26,185 bases of DNA from a virus. Its lineage: Duplodnaviria > Caudoviricetes. The stretch covers positions 1-26,185 of IMG/VR virus record IMGVR_UViG_3300017913_002299; one strand, given 5' to 3'. The notes under the pieces were generated by a model. It searched no databases, was not told where the DNA came from, and was given only the letters and a program-made list of their open reading frames with translations. Positions 1-5,531 of this stretch are shown one piece after another. Position numbers and translations under genes: made by a program. How positions within the stretch are numbered: position 1 is the first letter of the stretch; every line of letters starts with the position of its first letter.

Positions 1-2
1 CC

Positions 3-146
3 CCTGACGGAATAGCTTTCCCATTAGACTTTAATAACAGTAGAGAATTATTTACGGGACTACTGGAGATACTAAGTTTGGCAGAAAGTAAAGAGCTGAT
101 AGAGGAACATTTTTCCGACATTCTACAGGACATTTATAGAAAATAA
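3..146 (+). CDS. 3' end of a gene truncated by the window edge; probable T5-type PC4/p15-like ssDNA-binding protein
   Basis: Frame 3 reads PDGIAFPLDFNNSRELFTGLLEILSLAESKELIEEHFSDILQDIYRK* (TAA 144-146). The P.GI.FP...L.EILS.AE pattern and the position just upstream of ligA match the PC4 homolog of T5 as recalled. Confidence 0.65.
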   Translation, partial: PDGIAFPLDFNNSRELFTGLLEILSLAESKELIEEHFSDILQDIYRK

Positions 147-182
147 TTCTTGACTTTCATTCCTTTTTTCAGTATAATATAT
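140..182 (+). promoter_or_regulatory. P1: strong sigma70-type promoter upstream of ligA
   Basis: TTGACT 150-155, 17-bp spacer, TATAAT 173-178, A-rich sequence upstream (AAAATAATTC). Confidence 0.9.
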
Positions 183-202
183 GTTCTGAGTGAGGATACT
201 AA

Positions 203-1150
203 ATGAAAGATTTTATTGAAAAAGCTGCAACTGCGTACTACTCTGGCTACCCGATAATCTCGGACGAAGAGTTTGACTCTATTGTAGCAAAGTATAACTA
301 CGATCAAGTCGGTCATCAGGTTACTGATGGCGTACCGCACCTGTATCGTATGTACTCCCTTCAAAAAGTTTTTAGTATAAATGATATTCCTACCCCCAAC
401 ATAGATTACGTTTGTACTCCTAAGTTGGACGGGGCTGCTGTGTCTTTACAATATGTAAACGGACACTTTGCGCTCGGATTGACACGAGGTGATGGTAATC
501 TTGGCCGAGACATTACCCTAAAACTAGAAGAACTGGTGCCTGCAACAATCCCTATGAAGGGAGAAGTGCAGATTACTGGCGAAGTAGTTTGCCCCTCGTC
601 TGTCCCCAATGCTCGAAACGTGGCATCTGGATCGTTAAACCTCAAAGACATACACGAGTTTAGGGCGAGAGCCAAAGACTTGGTCTTTGTTGCTTACGAC
701 ATGCAGTTTGCAGGTGACTACGCAAACTACATGGATGCAATGAAAGCGTTGGCCCATGAAGGCTTTAATGTTGTTACCGAGTTCGACTACACAGACTATC
801 CAACAGATGGTTCGGTGTATCGGATAAATAACCAAAAAGCCTTTAAAAAAATGGGATATACAGCTCATCATCCTCGCGGCGCTTTTGCTCTCAAGGAGCA
901 AAAAGAGGGTGTACATACAGAATTACTCGATGTTGTGTGGCAGGTTGGTAAGTCGGGCACAGTCAGTCCGGTTGCCATCCTTTCTCCTGTCGAAGTAGAT
1001 GGTGCTGTTGTGAGCAGAGCAACACTGCACAATATCGAGTACATTCGCAGCTTGGAACTAGAAATAGGCTGCGAGGTAGAAGTTATAAGAAGTGGTGAGA
1101 TCATTCCGCGAATCGTTCGCAGAGTAGACCTGCCAAAAAATAGTTCTTGA
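203..1150 (+). CDS. ligA: NAD-dependent DNA ligase, N-terminal subunit (Ia + adenylation + OB domains)
   Basis: YY..G.P.ISDEEFD (NAD-binding Ia domain), KLDG adenylation motif, TRGDG..G.DIT, GEV, NARN.ASG, TDG, WQVGKSG.V.PVA, RATLHN, RSGEIIP. SD GAGGA at 192-196. Confidence 0.95.
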   Translation: MKDFIEKAATAYYSGYPIISDEEFDSIVAKYNYDQVGHQVTDGVPHLYRMYSLQKVFSINDIPTPNIDYVCTPKLDGAAVSLQYVNGHFALGLTRGDGNLGRDITLKLEELVPATIPMKGEVQITGEVVCPSSVPNARNVASGSLNLKDIHEFRARAKDLVFVAYDMQFAGDYANYMDAMKALAHEGFNVVTEFDYTDYPTDGSVYRINNQKAFKKMGYTAHHPRGAFALKEQKEGVHTELLDVVWQVGKSGTVSPVAILSPVEVDGAVVSRATLHNIEYIRSLELEIGCEVEVIRSGEIIPRIVRRVDLPKNSS

Positions 1151-1179
1151 CTTTTACCTCAGTTTTTCGTATAATATAT
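1135..1179 (+). promoter_or_regulatory. P2: sigma70-type promoter at the ligA/ligB junction
   Basis: TTGACT 1147-1152 (contains the ligA TGA stop at 1148-1150), 17-bp spacer, TATAAT 1170-1175, upstream AAAAAATAGTTC. Confidence 0.9.
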
Positions 1180-1202
1180 TCTACATTTTCGGAGAAGTCT
1201 AA

Positions 1203-1979
1203 ATGCTAAGAGAGATCGTGCCACCAACGGTATGCCCGTCATGCAGTGGTGAGCTTACTTTTGTCCGCGATATTTTATACTGCCATAACAGCAGTTGTGC
1301 GGCACAAAAGGCTAAAAAGATTGAACACTTTGCAAAAACTCTGAAAATTAAGGGCTTAGGCCCAGCTACTATCGAGAAGCTAGAGATAGATGACTTTGAC
1401 CAAGTTTATCTGTATGATGAGATATTACTGTGTGAGAGGCTGGGCGAAAAGCTCGGCACAAAGTTACACGCAGAAATTCAAAACTCTGCCTCTGCCCCTC
1501 TCGAAATGGTACTACCTGCTTTTGGGATTCCTTTAATCGGAAAAACGGCAACGAAGAAGCTGTCTGAGACTATTACGTCCATTACTGAAATTACACCAGA
1601 CACTTGTGAGCGTGCCGGATTAGGCCCAGTAGCAACACAGAATCTATGCAACTGGATGGATGAAGAATTTTATTGCTTCTACGATGGGTGCCTTCCATTT
1701 GATATGAAGTTTTCATCCCGGGCTTCAACTCCCGCTCCGCAGTTAGATGATGTTGTTTGCATCAGTGGTAAGTTAAAGAGTTTTAAAACTAAAGCTGAAG
1801 CAACTGATCGTCTAGAACTTCTTGGTTACAAAGTAAAGACGAGTCTAACCAAAGATGTTACGATTCTTGTGAATGAAAGTGGTATTGAATCAGCTAAAAC
1901 TAAAAAGGCCAGAGAATCTGGCGTAAACATTGTCACGGATTTAAAATCCTATTTGGAGAAAATATATGGCACTTCCTAA
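1203..1979 (+). CDS. ligB: NAD-dependent DNA ligase, C-terminal subunit (Zn finger, HhH, BRCT)
   Basis: PTVCPSC...YCHNSSC Zn finger, IKGLGPATIEKL and FGIPLIGKTAT HhH motifs, VCISGKL...VKTSLTKDVTILV...SAKTKKARESGV BRCT. SD GGAG 1191-1194. Confidence 0.93.
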   Translation: MLREIVPPTVCPSCSGELTFVRDILYCHNSSCAAQKAKKIEHFAKTLKIKGLGPATIEKLEIDDFDQVYLYDEILLCERLGEKLGTKLHAEIQNSASAPLEMVLPAFGIPLIGKTATKKLSETITSITEITPDTCERAGLGPVATQNLCNWMDEEFYCFYDGCLPFDMKFSSRASTPAPQLDDVVCISGKLKSFKTKAEATDRLELLGYKVKTSLTKDVTILVNESGIESAKTKKARESGVNIVTDLKSYLEKIYGTS

Positions 1980-2685
1980 GTGGACAGAGGAGCGTACTGA
2001 CCAGCTCACTCTTTTTGTGGGCTCAGAAAGCCCCGTATCTCAGGCGACTGTTGCAGAAGCAGCAGAGCGTCTCGAAACTTCTGCTCGTTCCGTCTCTAGC
2101 AAACTGCGAAAGATGGGCTTCGAAGTAGAACTGGCTTCTGCCGCAGCAGGCAAGTCTTTTACCGAAGACCAAGAAGCTACATTGTCTGCCTTCGTTACTT
2201 CCAACTCTGGTGAGTACACTTATGCTCAAATCGCTGAGCACTTTGAAGGCGGCGCATTCTCTGCTAAGTCTATTCAGGGCAAGATCCTGAGCATGGAGCT
2301 GACTGACCATGTCAAGCCTGCTCCCAAGGTTGAGAGTGTTCGTACCTACACTCCCGAAGAAGAAGCTACTTTCATCTCTATGGTGAATAATGGCGACTTC
2401 GTAGAAGCTATCGCTGAAGCTCTTGGCCGTTCGGTCAACAGCATTCGTGGTAAGGCTCTGAGCCTTCTCCGCTCTGGCGATATTGCTGCTATTCCTCGTC
2501 AAGAGACTACTAAAGGCCCAGCTAATGCTGATCCTCTCGCTGAAGTTGACGTTGCTTCTATGACTGTAGAAGCTATTGCTGAAGCTATTGGTAAGACTGC
2601 TCGTGGCGTAAAGACTATGCTGACTCGTCGTGGCTTGACTGCCGCTGACTATGACGGTGCTGCTAAGGCCGCTAAGTCTCAGTAA
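1966..2685 (+). CDS. D5: T5 D5-like DNA-binding protein / transcription regulator with tandem HTH-like repeats
   Basis: Repeats starting KWTEE/SFTED/TYTPE with ..IAE..G.S..S+.GK helices, position after ligB as in T5, codon usage typical of high expression (GCT, ACT, CGT, TTC). Confidence 0.85.
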   Translation: MALPKWTEERTDQLTLFVGSESPVSQATVAEAAERLETSARSVSSKLRKMGFEVELASAAAGKSFTEDQEATLSAFVTSNSGEYTYAQIAEHFEGGAFSAKSIQGKILSMELTDHVKPAPKVESVRTYTPEEEATFISMVNNGDFVEAIAEALGRSVNSIRGKALSLLRSGDIAAIPRQETTKGPANADPLAEVDVASMTVEAIAEAIGKTARGVKTMLTRRGLTAADYDGAAKAAKSQ

Positions 2686-2702
2686 TTCTTTTTGTTGTAG
2701 GC

Positions 2703-2734
2703 GGCTGGCCTCCCTTGGGGGCTGGCCTTTTTAT
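2703..2734 (+). terminator. Intrinsic terminator after D5
   Basis: GC-rich stem GGCTGGCCTCC / GGGGGCTGGCC (with G-U pairs) at 2703-2727, followed by TTTTTAT. Confidence 0.8.
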
Positions 2735-2748
2735 GTTCGGGGGAACAG

Positions 2749-4104
2749 TTGAATATCTCTAGTGCTTTGATAAAGCAGTGTATTTCTGTGGGAGACTTTG
2801 AGACGTGGAGCTATCTACGTAAAGAGTATCTTCCTAATGAGTATCACCTGATTTATGAAGCAATTGATAATCATTGTGAAAAGTTTCACCAGTTTCCCTC
2901 TTTTGATGATCTAAAACTAAGCATTCGACACCCTGCTACTAAGGACAAGGTGTTTGCTCTAGAGTCTGTGGATGTAGACATAGAGCCCGCTACGTTGTTA
3001 GAGTATCTAAAAAATGAATATGCTCAGAAGGAGATACTTAACTCTCTTGACAAGTATATTGATAACTCTGTATTATTTGCAAGTGCCGATGAGTCAGTAC
3101 AGGAGCTACATCAGATAGTTCTTGATATTGAAGATAAAGTGGACCTTGAGGTTCCTCAAGAAAGTATGCAGCGCATACATCTAATGGAGCCTGAGGAGGA
3201 GTTATCTAAGCACATTGGCCTGGGCCTCAATACTTTGTATGATGAGGACATTACTTTCAGCCCTCGAGATTTGATTCTTGTAGGCGGAAGGCGCGGCTCA
3301 GGTAAGTCTATTACCTGTGCAAATGTTGCAAATAATGTGTTTCAGTCTGGTCGTTCAGCTATCTATTTCACTATTGAGATGGATAGTCGAGCGATACTGC
3401 AACGGTGTTGCTCGATCGCCACTGGCGTGCCCTTTTCTCGTATCCGCAATGGAAATCTTACGAACGTAGAGTGGGAGAAGATAGCCGGTTGGCAGGCTGC
3501 TAGATTTGTCAATGGACAAGAGCGGCTATTAGAATACAAAAAGAGCCAAGCACGAGACTATAACGAGTTTCATAAAAAATTAACATCAGAGCATGAGCTT
3601 CTCCCGACTCAGCAGCTTGATGTTATTTATGATCCTAGTCTAACTATTGCCAAAATACGAGCAGAGTTGGACAAAAAAGTTAGTAGAATCGGAGCAAGTG
3701 TTATTATTGTAGACTACATAAACCAGGTTAAACGTTCTCACCTCCCTTCCCGAGGTGGGCAATATGACTGGACAGAACAGATTGAAGTATCTAAAGCGTT
3801 GAAATCTATGGCTCAAGAGTATGAGTGTGCCGTTTTCTCTCCGTATCAAACTGATGCTACAGGAGAGGCGAGATTTGCTAAAGGCATCCTAGATGCGGCA
3901 GATGCGGCATACGCTCTTGAGACATGGGATCAAGAAGATCAGTGTATTTCTTTTAATTGTGTGAAGATGCGTTCTGCTAGTATGAAGTCTTTTACTTCTA
4001 CTATGGATTGGGAAACTTTAAAGATCGGGCCGGAAACTGCCTTGACTCCCAAAGAACGTGATGAAACTTCACACAAATCGGATGAAGAAATTCACGACCT
4101 CTGA
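2749..4104 (+). CDS. D6: DnaB-family replicative helicase (T5 D6-like)
   Basis: Walker A GGRRGSGKS, YFTIEM, IIVDYINQ (Walker B), SKALKSMAQE, PYQ, KMR. TTG start preceded by GGGGGA. Confidence 0.92.
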   Translation: MNISSALIKQCISVGDFETWSYLRKEYLPNEYHLIYEAIDNHCEKFHQFPSFDDLKLSIRHPATKDKVFALESVDVDIEPATLLEYLKNEYAQKEILNSLDKYIDNSVLFASADESVQELHQIVLDIEDKVDLEVPQESMQRIHLMEPEEELSKHIGLGLNTLYDEDITFSPRDLILVGGRRGSGKSITCANVANNVFQSGRSAIYFTIEMDSRAILQRCCSIATGVPFSRIRNGNLTNVEWEKIAGWQAARFVNGQERLLEYKKSQARDYNEFHKKLTSEHELLPTQQLDVIYDPSLTIAKIRAELDKKVSRIGASVIIVDYINQVKRSHLPSRGGQYDWTEQIEVSKALKSMAQEYECAVFSPYQTDATGEARFAKGILDAADAAYALETWDQEDQCISFNCVKMRSASMKSFTSTMDWETLKIGPETALTPKERDETSHKSDEEIHDL

Positions 4105-4105
4105 T

Positions 4106-4150
4106 AAAAATAATGCTTGACACTCCCGTCGATTTGGTGTATAATATATG
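4106..4150 (+). promoter_or_regulatory. P3: consensus sigma70 promoter after the helicase
   Basis: TTGACA 4117-4122, 17-bp spacer, TATAAT 4140-4145, upstream AAAAATAATGC. Confidence 0.92.
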
Positions 4151-4174
4151 CTTAATCACGGGAGTTTTTTATTT
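4122..4174 (+). terminator. Terminator-like hairpin overlapping P3
   Basis: ACTCCCGT(C)GATT 4122-4134 pairs with AATCACGGGAGT 4154-4165, followed by TTTTTATTT. Confidence 0.65.
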
Positions 4175-4471
4175 ATGGGAATGATTTATGGATCTTTACG
4201 CTACACTACCACCGGAAGAAAGAAAAAAGGTTTTGGCAGAAAAACTAAGACTGTCACGAGAGGGGATTTACATGCACCTCAGCGAAATAGTTGCCGCAGG
4301 AGTACCCCTGAGTACCCCTCGCGTCCCGATACAGTTGGAGTTGCCGCTCGGGTCGAAAGCCCGCGTTATACGGGAACCCTCGTCAGAGGTATCAGTACGA
4401 TGCATAAAAGCAATGCCGTACCTGTTATAAATGAGGAAGAAATGAAAGATATTGCGAGGATGAGAAGATAA
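4175..4471 (+). CDS. Small basic phage hypothetical protein (YTGTL..GI.TMHKSNAVPV motif)
   Basis: The ORF track starts at 4148, but that ATG lies only 2 nt after the -10 box. ATG 4175 has SD GGAG at 4161-4164. The C-terminal motif is recalled from many environmental phage proteins. TAATG coupling to the next gene. Confidence 0.75.
   Translation: MGMIYGSLRYTTTGRKKKGFGRKTKTVTRGDLHAPQRNSCRRSTPEYPSRPDTVGVAARVESPRYTGTLVRGISTMHKSNAVPVINEEEMKDIARMRR
4188..4430 (+). CDS. Possible overprinted +1-frame protein containing QLELPL
   Basis: 80-codon open frame nested in the previous gene, GGGA 7 nt upstream of the ATG, helical-looking N-terminus, QLELPL at 4332-4349. Confidence 0.3.
   Translation: MDLYATLPPEERKKVLAEKLRLSREGIYMHLSEIVAAGVPLSTPRVPIQLELPLGSKARVIREPSSEVSVRCIKAMPYLL
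4300..4319 (+). repeat. Tandem 10-bp direct repeat GAGTACCCCT x2
   Basis: Read directly at 4300-4309 and 4310-4319. Confidence 0.9.
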
Positions 4472-4698
4472 TGCACGACGCACTTATGGAACATTGGAAT
4501 ACCCCTGATACTTGTCCAAACTGTGGAGAGACATTACAGGGAGATGGGTACACAATACCTTATCACTGCCTTAATGCATATGAGGAAGATTGGTGGTACT
4601 CTGAGCCAGATAGCGGCCCTTGGCTTTGTAGTATTGATGCTGACTACGATGAGCCTACTGAGATGGACGAATGGGCATCTTTTGATCCGGACTGTTAA
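4471..4698 (+). CDS. Small acidic Cys-rich, putative Zn-binding hypothetical protein
   Basis: CPNCGE..GDGY..PYHC...EPDSGPWLC, D/E-rich tail. TAATG stop/start overlaps at both ends. Confidence 0.75.
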   Translation: MHDALMEHWNTPDTCPNCGETLQGDGYTIPYHCLNAYEEDWWYSEPDSGPWLCSIDADYDEPTEMDEWASFDPDC

Positions 4699-5531
4699 TG
4701 AACGTAGAAGACTTACTTAATACAAAAAATATACCGTTTACTCCTAAAGGCAAAGATTATGTTGTTCGGTGCTTGAACCCAGAGCATGACGACAATAATC
4801 CTAGTATGAGAATAGATCAAGTAACTGGTGTATTCAACTGCTTCTCTTGTGGATACAAGGGAACAGTTTTTGCACATTTTGGACAAAGAGCTGATCGCAT
4901 GGAAATGCGTAGGCAGATGTTAAAGAAAAAAATAAAACAAGTAAGAGAAGAGAGCGTAGGAATTGAACTCCCTATAGATGCTACTCCTTACATCGGTAAC
5001 TGGAGAAGTATTCGTCCAGAGACCTACAAAAACTTTGGTGCTTTTCTAAGCGCAGCAAAAGAGTTTACGGGCAGAGTGTGCTTTCCCATTTATGATAGAA
5101 CAGGGAAGATAGTAGCAATACAAGCCCGTACTCAAACAAATCAAATGCCAAAATATTACAACGCTCCCATGGGTGCAAAGATGCCTTTGTTTCCTGTGGT
5201 TGAGCCAATACAAAGTAGTATACTTTTGGTTGAAGGAATTTTTGATGTTCTTAATCTACATGATAAAGGACTTACAAACGCAGTCTGCTGTTTTGGGGTG
5301 CGTAATTTTAATGAGCAAAAAGCAGAAATGCTGTCTGTTCAAGGCGTCACAAATGTCGATATATTTCTAGACAATGATGAAGCTGGTCAAACAGGAGCAA
5401 AAAATATAAAAGAGATATGTGAAGGAATTGGCCTTACCACTCGCAATTGGACCATGGGCGATAAGTACATGGATGCGGGTGCTCTATCTCAACAACAAGT
5501 AGACAAGCTACGGAGTAATTTATATGCCTAA
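4698..5531 (+). CDS. pri: DnaG-like DNA primase
   Basis: Zn-binding CLNPEH.D..PS...FNCFSCG, TOPRIM VEGIFD and FLDNDEAGQ. Confidence 0.93.
   Translation: MNVEDLLNTKNIPFTPKGKDYVVRCLNPEHDDNNPSMRIDQVTGVFNCFSCGYKGTVFAHFGQRADRMEMRRQMLKKKIKQVREESVGIELPIDATPYIGNWRSIRPETYKNFGAFLSAAKEFTGRVCFPIYDRTGKIVAIQARTQTNQMPKYYNAPMGAKMPLFPVVEPIQSSILLVEGIFDVLNLHDKGLTNAVCCFGVRNFNEQKAEMLSVQGVTNVDIFLDNDEAGQTGAKNIKEICEGIGLTTRNWTMGDKYMDAGALSQQQVDKLRSNLYA

Noticed and set aside
1148-1205. Ligase as a frameshifted pseudogene or intron/intein-interrupted gene
   Set aside because: The break falls at a domain boundary, ligB has its own SD and promoter, and a split ligase is normal for T5-like phages.
2023-2502. 159-aa antisense ORF inside D5
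   Set aside because: Explained by the strong codon bias of D5, which removes stops from the antisense frame. No SD or recognisable motif.
4148-4174. ORF-track start at ATG 4148
   Set aside because: Only 2 nt after the P3 -10 box and without an SD. ATG 4175 has a GGAG 10 nt upstream.
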